Assembly (NCBI GenBank): GCA_036258135.1
Contig: DATAEG010000003.1
Span: 128 to 64,127, forward strand
DNA: 64,000 bases
DNA from: Jatrophihabitantaceae bacterium
GTDB lineage: Bacteria; Actinomycetota; Actinomycetes; Mycobacteriales; Jatrophihabitantaceae
Direction of reading: 5' to 3'
Shown here: positions 1 to 11,607 of the stretch, in pieces
Layout: each line of letters opens with the position of its first letter
Position numbering within the stretch: position 1 is the first letter of the stretch
The notes under the pieces: generated by a model
Seen by the model: only the letters and a program-made list of their open reading frames with translations
The model's database searches: none
What the model was told of the DNA's origin: nothing
Program-made: the position numbers and the translations under genes

Positions 1-204
1 CGCCGCGCCCTCGCCGCCCGGGACGGCGGCTGCGGCTTCCCCGGCTGCGACCACCCTGCCGGACCGGACCGAGGCACATCACCTCACCCCGTGGGAACAG
101 GGCGCAGGCCGCACGCGATCCCGCCACCCTGGACCGACCCCACCCAAACACCCATCCGCAACACCATGCACGACACCACACTCGACCCGGTGCCCGCGGC
201 GTGA
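1..204 (+). pseudogene. HNH endonuclease (DUF222-type) gene remnant, 3' end, frame-disrupted
   Basis: Frame 1 reads RRALAARDGGCGFPGCDHPA ... IPPPWTDPTQTPIRN with stop TGA at 202-204. The catalytic EAHHLTPWEQG segment (71-103) is readable only in frame 2. The 5' end is cut by the window edge. Confidence 0.4.
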
Positions 205-207
205 CAG

Positions 208-948
208 CTAAAGCGAGCGCCGGTAGCGGGCGAAGAGCGCCCCGTCCTCCTCCATCAGCGCGTCCAACGTGAGTCCTCTCGGGCGGTCGCCGAACGCTGA
301 CCCGGCGACGATCCGTCCGGGGCCGGGTCCGACGAGAAGCGGCGACATGGTCAGGCACAACTCGTCGCAGCCGCCGTGCTGCACGAGGTGGCCGAAGAGC
401 GACGGCCCACCTTCGCAGAGGACTCGGCTGAGACCGCGCGCGGAGAGTTCCGCGCGCAGCCGGACCACGTCGATCTCCTGTTCGCCGCATACCACGACGT
501 CGGCCACCTCGGCGAGCGCGCTCCGCCGGTCGGCCGGGCTGCCCGCGGTGGTCACGACAATGGTCCGGGCGCCAGGCAACGCTCCGGTGAACAGAGCCGA
601 CGAGTCGTCCAAGTCGAGCGACACGCTGACCACCGCGATCGGAAGGGCGTCCGGCAGTCCGTAGCGGCGCCGGACGTCGAGACGACGCTCGGTCGCCGTC
701 ACCGCGGCGTAGCCCTCCGCCCGAGCGGTTCCGGCGCCAACCAGGATCACGTCGGCGAGGTCGCGCAGTGCGGCGAAGACGCGGTTGTCGCCCTCGGTCT
801 GAAGGCCGCGGGAGAGTCCTCCGGCGCTGACCGCCCCGTCTACGCTGGCGATGAAGTTGGCTCGCACGCCGCCGGTCTCGAGCCAGTTGCGCCCGTACCA
901 GGCGTGCAGATCGACGGACCCGGCCTGCTCGGGCAGCAGGGCGCGCAT
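208..948 (-). CDS. RibD C-terminal domain / pyrimidine reductase family protein
   Basis: ORF 208..1131. The conserved part begins at MRALLPEQ (ATG 946-948), which overlaps the treZ stop as ATGA. NFIASVDGA and LCEGGPSLF motifs are typical of RibD_C reductases. Confidence 0.8.
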   Translation of the reverse strand: MRALLPEQAGSVDLHAWYGRNWLETGGVRANFIASVDGAVSAGGLSRGLQTEGDNRVFAALRDLADVILVGAGTARAEGYAAVTATERRLDVRRRYGLPDALPIAVVSVSLDLDDSSALFTGALPGARTIVVTTAGSPADRRSALAEVADVVVCGEQEIDVVRLRAELSARGLSRVLCEGGPSLFGHLVQHGGCDELCLTMSPLLVGPGPGRIVAGSAFGDRPRGLTLDALMEEDGALFARYRRSL

Positions 949-2708
949 CAGGGCACCACGCGGATCACGGCGGCGGAATGGGCGGGCAGCTGGAGGCCGT
1001 GGCTGTCGAAGGTGAAGCCCGGCTCCGTGGCGACGACCACGTCGGTGATCGGATTGCCGACCGGAACGACCTGGGTATCCACGGCCAGGTTGGCCACCAC
1101 CCGAAGCGCTCCCCGATGCAGCACCAGCCACCGGGCCGCTTCATCCCGGTCCATCGCGACCCGGTCCAGCCGCGGGTCGGTGAGGTCGGTCTCCCGATGC
1201 CGCGTGGCGATCAGCTTGCGGTACAGACGGAGCAGCTCATAGTGCCCTGGTTTCTCCGGCTCGGTCCAGTCCAGCTTGGAGAGCAGGAACGTCTGAGGGT
1301 CCTGCGGATCGGGCACCCGGTGGTCGTCGTTCCAGCCGAAATCCTCGAACTCGACGAACCGGCTCTCGCGGACCGCCCGGCCCAGCTCTTCCTCAGGATG
1401 GGACGTGAAGAACTGCCACCGCGTCATAGCGCCCCACTCCTCGCCCATGAAGAGCATCGGCGTGAACGGCATCGACAGCAGCAGGAGCGCCCCCACCCGG
1501 AGCAGCCGGGGTTCCACCAGCTCGGTCAGCCGGTCACCCAGCGCGCGGTTGCCTACTTGGTCGTGGTCCTGGAGGCAGGCCACAAAGCGATAGCCGGGCA
1601 CAGCGGCGCGGTCGACCGGTTTGCCGTGCTCGTGACCGAGGATGGTGGAATACGTGCCGTCGTGCAGAAACGCCGACGTCACCACCTTGGCCAACGCGTC
1701 GAGCGTGCCGAAGTCCACGTAGTAGCCCTGCCGTTCGCCGGTGAGCAGGGCGTGCAGCGCGTGGTGGACGTCGTCGTTCCACTGGGCGTCGATCCCGTAG
1801 CCGCCGCCGGCCTGCTCTGTGACCACGATCGGGTCGTTCAGGTCGGACTCGGCGATGAGGATCAGCGGTCGAGCGCTGTGCGCGCGCAGCGCGTCCACCT
1901 CGTTGGCCAGTTCGGCCACCAGATGCACCTTCGAGCGATCGACGAGCGCGTGCACCGCGTCCAACCGCAGTCCGTCGACGTGGTAGTCCTCGAGCCACAT
2001 CAGCGCGTTCTCGATGATGAACCGGCGCACGTCCGGGCTGCCGTCGCCGTCGAGATTGACGACGTTGCCCCAGCTGTTCTCGACGCGCTTCAGGTACGGG
2101 CCGAACTCGGGCAGGTAGTTGCCGCTGGCACCGAAGTGGTTGTAGACGACGTCCAGGACGACCGCGAGCCCGCGCTGGTGGCAGGCGTCGACGAACCGCT
2201 TGAAGCCGTCCGGGCCGCCGAGCGGCTCGTGCACCGCGTACCAGCCGACCCCGTCGTAACCCCAGTTCCAGACCCCGTTCACGGCGTTGATGGGCATGAC
2301 CTCGACGTGGGTGATGCCCAGCTCGGCTAGATGGTCCAGGTGGCCGATGGCGCCGTCGAACGTGCCCTCCGCCGTAAACGTCCCGATGTGCATCTCGTAA
2401 ATCACCGCGCCGGGCAGGTCGCGCCCGGTCCAGCCGCGGTCGGACCACGTATACGCATGCGTGTCGTACACCCGCGACATCTCGTGCACGCCGTTGGGCT
2501 GCCAGCGCGAGCGCGGGTCGGGCCGAGCCGCCGTAGCCTCGTCGATAAGGTAGCCGTAGTCGGTGCCGGGATCGGCCTGCGGCACCTCGACCGTCCACCA
2601 GCCGTCATGCTCGCGGCGCATGACCGTATCGAACGGTTGGCGTCCGTGGATCCTGGTACGCACCTGCATCCGCTCGGCGAACGGCGCCCACACGCGGAAG
2701 TACGTCAC
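948..2708 (-). CDS. treZ: malto-oligosyltrehalose trehalohydrolase
   Basis: 586-aa ORF with GH13 signatures: GVWNWGYDGV, RGLAVVLDVVYNHFG, GLRLDAVHA, IAESDLND, QDHDQVGNR. Confidence 0.93.
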   Translation of the reverse strand: MTYFRVWAPFAERMQVRTRIHGRQPFDTVMRREHDGWWTVEVPQADPGTDYGYLIDEATAARPDPRSRWQPNGVHEMSRVYDTHAYTWSDRGWTGRDLPGAVIYEMHIGTFTAEGTFDGAIGHLDHLAELGITHVEVMPINAVNGVWNWGYDGVGWYAVHEPLGGPDGFKRFVDACHQRGLAVVLDVVYNHFGASGNYLPEFGPYLKRVENSWGNVVNLDGDGSPDVRRFIIENALMWLEDYHVDGLRLDAVHALVDRSKVHLVAELANEVDALRAHSARPLILIAESDLNDPIVVTEQAGGGYGIDAQWNDDVHHALHALLTGERQGYYVDFGTLDALAKVVTSAFLHDGTYSTILGHEHGKPVDRAAVPGYRFVACLQDHDQVGNRALGDRLTELVEPRLLRVGALLLLSMPFTPMLFMGEEWGAMTRWQFFTSHPEEELGRAVRESRFVEFEDFGWNDDHRVPDPQDPQTFLLSKLDWTEPEKPGHYELLRLYRKLIATRHRETDLTDPRLDRVAMDRDEAARWLVLHRGALRVVANLAVDTQVVPVGNPITDVVVATEPGFTFDSHGLQLPAHSAAVIRVVP

Positions 2709-2748
2709 CGGCTAAGCCAACCACGCGGCCACTACTAGGGTTCGGCGC

Positions 2749-3603
2749 ATGGCCATCCCATCGATCCGAGACGCGCTGCGCGTGCCGCCGAGCAGGGACG
2801 GCACGATCGATCTCGGGCGGTATCCATCGGACGACACTCCGCTCGCGCCGGGGAAGAAGGGCAAGACGCTGGAGCGCGCCGCCGACGAGGGCGCCGAGAT
2901 CGGCGAGCTTCAGGGCCGGCTCTACGCTCAGGGCACCACCGGCGATCCGCGGCGAATCCTGCTCGTCCTCCAGGGCATGGACACCGCCGGCAAAGGCGGC
3001 ACCGTGGCGCACGTGGTCAGCGCGGTCGGCCCCGAGGGCTGTCGCATTGCCGCGTTCAAACGGCCCACCCCGGAGGAACTGGCGCACCACTTCTTGTGGC
3101 GGATCCGCAAGGAGCTGCCTGCGCCTGGCATCGTCGGCGTGTTCGACCGCTCGCACTACGAGGATGTCCTGGTCGTCAAGGTGCACGGGACCATCGACGA
3201 CGCCGAGTGCGCCCGACGCTATGACGAGATCAACGCCTTCGAGCGCGAGTTGGTCGAATCGGGCACCACGCTCGTCAAGTGCTGGCTGAACATCTCCTAC
3301 GACGAGCAGCGCGAGCGGCTGCTGGCCCGTCTGGACGAGCCGGAGAAGCACTGGAAGTTCAACGAGGCCGACATCGACGAGCGCCGGAAATGGGGGCAGT
3401 ACCAGGATGCGTATGCGGCCGCGCTCGCGCACACGTCGACCGAGCAGGCTCCGTGGTACGCCGTGCCCAGCGACCACAAGTGGTACCGCAACTGGGCGGT
3501 GGCCGGCCTGCTCCTGGAGACGTTGCGCGGAATGGATCTCACCTATCCCGATCCCAGCCTGGACGTGCCCCGCCTCAAGGAGCGCCTGCGCCCGCCGAAC
3601 TGA
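2749..3603 (+). CDS. ppk2: polyphosphate kinase 2 family protein
   Basis: 284 aa. P-loop LQGMDTAGKGG and FDRSHYEDV motif. Single-domain PPK2 size. Confidence 0.88.
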   Translation: MAIPSIRDALRVPPSRDGTIDLGRYPSDDTPLAPGKKGKTLERAADEGAEIGELQGRLYAQGTTGDPRRILLVLQGMDTAGKGGTVAHVVSAVGPEGCRIAAFKRPTPEELAHHFLWRIRKELPAPGIVGVFDRSHYEDVLVVKVHGTIDDAECARRYDEINAFERELVESGTTLVKCWLNISYDEQRERLLARLDEPEKHWKFNEADIDERRKWGQYQDAYAAALAHTSTEQAPWYAVPSDHKWYRNWAVAGLLLETLRGMDLTYPDPSLDVPRLKERLRPPN

Positions 3604-3609
3604 GCCGAC

Positions 3610-4059
3610 TCAGCGGCTCGGCGCCCGTCGCCGCAGTTCGCGGGCCATTTCCTCCAGCCGAACCCGCGCCTTGTGCACGGAGATCGGCTTCAACGGGAGC
3701 ACGAGGGCGGGACGGACGTCGAACTCGGTCCCATCACTGCGGACGATGCGCAGCGTCAAGGCGCCGTGATGGCCTACCACCCGGATGTTGTCCAGGTCCT
3801 CCCAGTGCACAGACCGCTCGGACAGCACGCCGCGAGCGCCTATGCCGTCGTCGTCGGCGACCAGGTAGCTGCGGAGCGCGACGACGCCGCCCGCGATCAG
3901 GAGCAGGCTAATCATTCCGGCCAGGATGCGCACGGCCACGCCGAGATCGACGTACAGGGCGGGGAACAAGAAGACGGCAGCCAGCACGAACAGGGTGGCG
4001 GTCTGCCACTCCGGGATTTTGTAGACGATCGGTGCCCGGCGGCGCGACGGCGTGGACAC
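3610..4059 (-). CDS. PH-domain-like membrane protein (hypothetical)
   Basis: 149 aa with a GTG start. Two N-terminal hydrophobic helices are followed by a soluble domain resembling bacterial PH (bPH) proteins. Co-oriented directly downstream of treY. Confidence 0.6.
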   Translation of the reverse strand: MSTPSRRRAPIVYKIPEWQTATLFVLAAVFLFPALYVDLGVAVRILAGMISLLLIAGGVVALRSYLVADDDGIGARGVLSERSVHWEDLDNIRVVGHHGALTLRIVRSDGTEFDVRPALVLPLKPISVHKARVRLEEMARELRRRAPSR

Positions 4060-4073
4060 AACGACAGACTAGG

Positions 4074-6346
4074 TCAGTCGGCCGAGCTCGGTCGGAGCAG
4101 CGCGACGGGGTAGGTGGCCAGCAAGCGGCCGAGATCAACGGTGCCGGCGTGCTCGACGCCGGTCAGGGCGTCGACGAAACGCCCGTCGGGCAGATCCACG
4201 GTGGTGTCCCGCCACCCGCCCGACGTCTCCAGTCCCAGCGGCAGCCGGGTCACGAGGGTCACGGCGCCGCCGCGGTCGAAGCCGAGCAGGTGCTCCACCG
4301 CCGCTCCGCGCGCCAACACCGGCCGGTAGCCGCCGAACCATTCCGGGTTGTCGCGACGCAGCCGCAGCGCCCGCGACGTCACCCAGAGCTTGGCCCGGCC
4401 AGAGGCGTCCAGCGGCGGAGGTCCGGCGGCGTCGAGCTCGGCCAGCAGCCGCGCCCGCAGCCCGAGGTCCACCGCGCGACGGTTGTCGGGATCGACGAGT
4501 GAGTCGTCCCACAGCTCGGTGCCCTGATAGACGTCGGGCACGCCCGGCATGGTCAGCTGCACCAGCTTCTGGCCCAGCGCCACGACGAATGCGGCCGGCA
4601 ATACTCTCTCGATCAGGCGCCGCAGGATCGCGCAGACGTCCGGGTCGTCATACGCCGCGTCCACGGCGGCGTGCACGGCTTTCTCGAAGTCGGCGTCGGG
4701 CTCACGCCAGGTCGTCGCGGCGGCGGCCTCGCGCATGGCCTTTTCGAGGTACGCGTGCATCCGCTCGCGCGCGATCAAACCCGGCCGCGACGTCCCGACG
4801 AAGGTCTGCCAGAGCAATGCGGCCAACGCCGGGTCGGGTAGCGGCGCCCGGCCCTGTAGCGTGCGCAGGGCCGCGGCCCAGAGGTCATGGACCTCGGTCA
4901 GCACGATCTGGAAGGCGCGGACGTCCTCGCTGCGTTTGGTGTCGTGGGTGGAAAGCGTTGTCATACCGCGGGGCGCGTGCGCGAGCCGTTCTGCGGCGGC
5001 CGCGTGGAACCGCGCCACCGGCGCGCCGAACATGGCCGGGTCGCCGCCGACCTCGGTGAGCGCCCCGAGGCGGTTGTAGCGGTAGTACGCGGTGTCCTCG
5101 ACGCCCTTGGCCATGACCGCGCTGCTGAACTGCTGGAAGCGCAGCGCCAGCTCGTCGTGCGGATCGCGCAGCCGGCTCAGCAGCGACTCGATCACAGTCC
5201 GGTCTTGGGGCGCCAGCGCCGCGACCGCCTGGTCGAGGTGATCGGTGCCGTCCGGCACGTAGCTGCGGTAGACGGGGAAGTGGACGGCCAGTTCCGTCAG
5301 CGCTGCGGTCCCGCCGTGAACGCCGGCCAGCCGCCCGAGTCGCAGGGCCTCCGCGCGCAGCAGTGTCGTGGCGATCAGGCGCTTGCCATCCGCCGCGTGG
5401 GCTGGCCACCCGCGGTCGTCGCCGGTGAGCTCGAGCTGGACGGCATCGAAGCCGGCCTGGCCGGCGGGATCGACGAACGCCTCGGTGACGTCGGCGAGCG
5501 CGTCGTAGCCGGTCATGCCGTCGACCGGCCAGTCCGCCGGGAGCCGCTCGCCCCGCTTGGTGATCTTCTCCACGGTGAGCCAGGCGTGGGGAGCCAGCTC
5601 GCGCAGCCAGGTCAGGTAGCCCTGCGGGTCACGCAGTCCGTCCGGGTGGTCGACGCGCAGCCCGTCGATCCCCAGTTCCGTCACCCAGCGGCGGATTTCG
5701 ACGTGGGTGGCGTCGAAGACCGCGCGGTCCTCGACGCAGAGGCCAGCGAGCTCGGTGATGGCGAAGAATCGGCGGTAGTTCTGGCGCACGTCGGCGGCCG
5801 GGTACGGCGCCAACTCGTAGTGCTGCGCTGCACGGACCTCGGCAACCGAACCCGACGGCGTGTCCGGCGCCAACGGGAACGTCCTGTCGTGGTAGCGCAG
5901 GACCTCGTTCGTGACGCTGATCTGCGGCTCGGCCTCCAAGCCGAGCACCGGCAGCAAGAGGCGGCCCTGGTCCCAGTCGATGTCGAACCACGACGCGTGC
6001 TGCGACTCCCGCCCGAGCCGCAGCACGTCCCACCACGGCGCATTTTGGGTGGCGTCGGCCACGCCCATGTGGTTGGGGACGATGTCCACGACCACGCCCA
6101 GGCCTCGTTCGTGGGCCTCTTCGACCAGCTCGGCCAGTGCCTGCGGACCGCCGCGCTCGGCGTCGACCCGGCTGTGGTCGACGACGTCATAGCCGTGATC
6201 GGAGCCGCGCACCGCCTGGAGTAGCGGCGAGAGGTAGACCGCCCCTGCGCCTAGAGCCACGAGGTAGTCCAACGCGGCGGTGGCCGCCGACAGGTCGAAG
6301 TCCCGGCGGATCTGCAGGCGGTATGTGCTCGTCGGAACCGCCGGCA

Positions 6347-6347
<1 letters not shown>
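4074..6347 (-). CDS. treY: malto-oligosyltrehalose synthase
   Basis: ORF 4074..6407. N-terminus TSTYRLQIRRDFDL and GH13 motifs (DIVPNHMG, GLRVDHPDGL) as in TreY. Preferred ATG 6345-6347 overlaps the glgX stop (ATGA). Alternative start at 6407. Confidence 0.92.
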
Positions 6348-8455
<2,108 letters not shown>

Positions 8456-8596
8456 GCCCCTCCTCACCCGATGATCTTCCGTGATGATCCCGCCTGGCGC
8501 GCGCCCATCACCGCCTCCACCCTCCCATGGGGACCGTGACGGCCAGGTTGCCGGGCCGTCAGAGCGGTAATGTGATGTGGACAACCACACAGCAGG

Positions 8597-8705
8597 ACAC
8601 GACAGGGGAGCACCCGATCCGACTGGATCGTGAGGGTGCTGAGAGTGCGGGCAGCCGCAGACCCTCGAACCTGATCCGGGTAATGCCGGCGCAGGGAGTC
8701 GGGAA
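8597..8705 (+). promoter_or_regulatory. TPP (THI-box) riboswitch
   Basis: GGGGAGC...GCTGAGA...ACCCTCGAACCTGATCCGGGTAATGCCGGCGCAGGGAG matches the thi-box consensus element by element. It lies about 60 nt upstream of an ECF S-component gene. Hairpin CGTTCG/CGAACG (8734-8752) abuts the GGAAGG SD. Confidence 0.9.
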
Positions 8706-8763
8706 CCCTCAGTGGCGCCGCGGGCGCCGCCCCCGTTCGTCCCACACGAACGGAAGGTCCACT

Positions 8764-9375
8764 ATGACCGCTACATCCCACAGTGCGCCGGCGGTGGCGC
8801 GGATTCCGCGCTGGCGCACCGTCGACATCGTCGTCACCTCCGTTGTCGCTGCCATGTTCGGTGCCCTTTACTGGGCCTGGCAGTACATGCCGATCACGCA
8901 GATGTTCGGGTTCTTCCCGCCGTTCGCTGCGCTGCTCAACACCGTCTGGCTCATGGCCGGCCCGGTCGGTGCGCTCATCGTGCGCAAGCCCGGCGCGGCG
9001 ATCTACACAGAGATGGTGGCCGCCCTCTTCGAGGCGCTCATCGGGACGCACTGGGGGACGTCGGTCCTCGTCTACGGCCTGGTCGAAGGCGCCGGCGCCG
9101 AACTGGCCTTCCTGCTCTTCGCCTACCGCGTCTGGCGGCTGCCCGTCGCGCTGCTGTCCGGCGCCCTCGCCGGTGCCGCTATGGCCCTCTTGGACGTGTG
9201 GATCTACCGCTACTACACGGGCTGGAGCCTCGGCTACCAGCTCAGCTACCTGGCCGCGGCCGTGGCCGGCGGCGCCATCGTGGCCGGAGCGCTGTCGTGG
9301 TACTTGGTGCGGGCCATGGCGGCCACGGGCGTGCTCGCGCCGTTCGCCTCGGGACGCAGACAGCGACTCATTTGA
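8764..9375 (+). CDS. ykoE: ECF transporter S component, YkoE-like (thiamine/HMP precursor)
   Basis: 203 aa from ATG 8764 within ORF 8527..9375. Multi-pass hydrophobic protein directly behind the TPP riboswitch and ahead of fused ECF ATPases. Confidence 0.85.
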   Translation: MTATSHSAPAVARIPRWRTVDIVVTSVVAAMFGALYWAWQYMPITQMFGFFPPFAALLNTVWLMAGPVGALIVRKPGAAIYTEMVAALFEALIGTHWGTSVLVYGLVEGAGAELAFLLFAYRVWRLPVALLSGALAGAAMALLDVWIYRYYTGWSLGYQLSYLAAAVAGGAIVAGALSWYLVRAMAATGVLAPFASGRRQRLI

Positions 9376-10808
9376 GCGGTGCCACGCTGCTCGCCCGACG
9401 CTGGGGCTGGCGCTACGCCGGCCGACGCGCCTGGGCGGTCGGCAATCTCGACCTGACCGTGCCGGCCGGGCAACGGGTGTTGTTGCTCGGTGCGTCCGGG
9501 TCGGGCAAGTCGACGCTCCTGGTCGGCCTCGGCGGTCTGCTGCACGGCCAGGAGAGCGGGCAGGCGGCGGGGGAGCTCCTGGTCGACGGCGTCCCCGCCT
9601 ACGAGGCCCGGCACCGCACCGGCTTTCTGCTCCAGGATCCCGACAGCCAGCTGGTGATGAGCCGCAGCGGTGACGACGTGGCCTTCGGACCGGAGTGCCA
9701 CGGCGTGCCGCCGGACCAGATCTGGCCGCGGGTGGACGAGGCGATGGATGCGGTCGGGTTCGGCTACGGCCGGGACCGCCCCACCGCCGCCCTCTCAGGA
9801 GGCGAGAAGCAACGGCTGGCGCTGGCCGGCCAGTTGGCCAACCGTCCCGGCTTGCTGCTGCTCGACGAGCCCACGGCGAACCTCGACCCGGAGGGAGCCG
9901 CCTTGGTCCGAGAGGCGGTGGCCGCCGCGGTAGCGGCCACGGCATCGACGCTCGTCGTCGTCGAACACCGCGTCGAGGAATGGCTGCCGATTATCGATCG
10001 GGTCGTCGTCCTAGGGGACGGCGAGCTAGTGGCCGACGGCCCGCCGGATGAGGTCTTCGGCCGGCACCGTGACGCGCTCGAACGCATGGGGGTGTGGGTG
10101 CCCGGCACGGTGGTCCGCGCCGCGGCGCCCCGGACCGTGGCGACGACGCCGGTGCTGCGCGCAGACGCCGTCAGCTACCGGCACCGGGGCGCACTCTTCG
10201 ACGCGGTACGCGCCACGACCCTCTCCTTGCGGGCCGGCGAGGCCCTGGCGGTGGTGGGCCCGAACGGCTCGGGCAAGACCACCTTGGCGATGATGCTGGC
10301 GGGTCTGGCCCGGCCCCGGACCGGGTCGGTCCTGGCGCCGGACGCGAACCGCCCGCTGCACCGGCGGCGGCCGGCCTCGTTGGTGCGGGCGGTGGGCACG
10401 GTGTTCCAGCAGCCGGAGCACCAATTCGTCCGCTCCACCGTGCGCGACGAGCTCGTGCAGGCGCCGAAGCGGCTGGGCTGGTCGGCGGAGCGTTCCGCGG
10501 CCCGTGCCGACGACCTCCTCGACCGGCTCGGCCTCACCGTGTTGGCCGAGGCCAATCCGTTCACCTTGTCCGGCGGGCAGCAACGTCGTCTGTCGGTAGC
10601 GACCGCGTTGTCCGGGGCTCCGCCGGCACTGGTCCTCGACGAGCCGACGTTCGGCCAGGACGCCCGGACGTGGCGCGAACTGCTTCGCTTGCTCGAGGAG
10701 GTCCGGGACGCCGGAACTGCCCTGGTCACGGTGAGCCACGACCGTGCCTTCGTCACGGCGCTGGCCGACCGGGTGCTGCCCATGGCGGACGGGATGGTGG
10801 CCGCGTGA
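9372..10808 (+). CDS. ykoD: ECF/ABC transporter fused double ATPase, YkoD-like
   Basis: In ORF 8712..10808. Two Walker A sites ([20 protein letters not shown]) and two signature motifs (LSGGEKQR, LSGGQQRR). Proposed TTG start at 9372 overlaps the ykoE stop (TTGA). Start uncertain. Confidence 0.85.
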   Translation: MSGATLLARRWGWRYAGRRAWAVGNLDLTVPAGQRVLLLGASGSGKSTLLVGLGGLLHGQESGQAAGELLVDGVPAYEARHRTGFLLQDPDSQLVMSRSGDDVAFGPECHGVPPDQIWPRVDEAMDAVGFGYGRDRPTAALSGGEKQRLALAGQLANRPGLLLLDEPTANLDPEGAALVREAVAAAVAATASTLVVVEHRVEEWLPIIDRVVVLGDGELVADGPPDEVFGRHRDALERMGVWVPGTVVRAAAPRTVATTPVLRADAVSYRHRGALFDAVRATTLSLRAGEALAVVGPNGSGKTTLAMMLAGLARPRTGSVLAPDANRPLHRRRPASLVRAVGTVFQQPEHQFVRSTVRDELVQAPKRLGWSAERSAARADDLLDRLGLTVLAEANPFTLSGGQQRRLSVATALSGAPPALVLDEPTFGQDARTWRELLRLLEEVRDAGTALVTVSHDRAFVTALADRVLPMADGMVAA

Positions 10809-11551
10809 CGCTCGTGCTCGGCGCGCCAGTCGTCCGGCGGCGGGGCGGAACACTGAACCCGACCAGCAAGGTCCTCGCGATGGCCGTTGTGGCCGTGCCG
10901 CTCTTCCTCAGTACCGACGCGGTCACCAGCGGGATCATGGTCGCGGTCGAACTGGTGGCGTTGCCGCTGCTCGGTGTGGGCCCGCGGATGCTGGGCCGCG
11001 CGGGTGCACCGATCCTGTTCGGACTGGCCGGCATCTGGCTCGCCAACTGGATCGTGTCCGGAAACCTATCCGGCCTGGTCGCCGTCTCGCTGCGGCTGGT
11101 CGCCCTCGGGTTGCCTGGCCTGCTACTGGTCGTGACCACGGATCCGGTGGACCTAGCCGACGCCCTCGTCCAGCGCTGGCACGTGTCCCCTCGCTTCGCC
11201 TACGGAGCGCTGGCCGCGCTTCGCCTCATCCCTCTTCTGATCGACGAGGTCCAGACGATGCGCCGGGCCCGGCGGGCCCGCGGCATCGGCGCCGGGTGGA
11301 CGCCGGTGAGCTGGGCCCGGCTGACCGGCGGGTTGTTGTTCGGGATGCTCGTCCAAGCCATTCGGCGCGGCGTGCGGCTGGCCGCGGCGATGGACTCGCG
11401 CGGGTTCGACTCCGCCGCCGAGCGCACATTCGCCCGGCAGTCGACGGTGACGTGGCGGGATCACCTCTTCGTCTTGGCCACGGCCATCGTGGTGGCCGTC
11501 GCGGTGGCGGTCAGCATGGCCACCGGCCATTGGCACCTCCTGTTCAGCTGA
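10805..11551 (+). CDS. ykoC: ECF transporter T component (EcfT/CbiQ family), YkoC-like
   Basis: 248 aa from GTG 10805 (GTGA overlap with the ykoD stop) in ORF 10094..11551. Hydrophobic, with the ARG-type coupling motif RRARRARG. Confidence 0.82.
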   Translation: MTLVLGAPVVRRRGGTLNPTSKVLAMAVVAVPLFLSTDAVTSGIMVAVELVALPLLGVGPRMLGRAGAPILFGLAGIWLANWIVSGNLSGLVAVSLRLVALGLPGLLLVVTTDPVDLADALVQRWHVSPRFAYGALAALRLIPLLIDEVQTMRRARRARGIGAGWTPVSWARLTGGLLFGMLVQAIRRGVRLAAAMDSRGFDSAAERTFARQSTVTWRDHLFVLATAIVVAVAVAVSMATGHWHLLFS

Positions 11552-11607
11552 GTGCCGTTGATCGCGCCTGCCACATGGCAAGCGCCGGGCCTGGCTATGG
11601 TTAGCCG

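Noticed and set aside
978-2330. 450-aa plus-strand ORF antisense to treZ. Similar long shadow ORFs include 4887-6224, 7445-8401, 43072-43953, 45648-46898 and 47540-48622.
   Set aside because: Their Arg/Pro/Gly/Val/His-rich composition is typical of non-coding frames in GC-rich DNA. Each fully overlaps a gene with clear family motifs, and none shows recognisable motifs of its own.
8464-9945. 493-aa minus-strand ORF spanning the riboswitch and ykoE/ykoD.
   Set aside because: It is antisense to a motif-rich transporter operon and to a riboswitch, with an extreme Arg/Pro bias. It is a shadow ORF.
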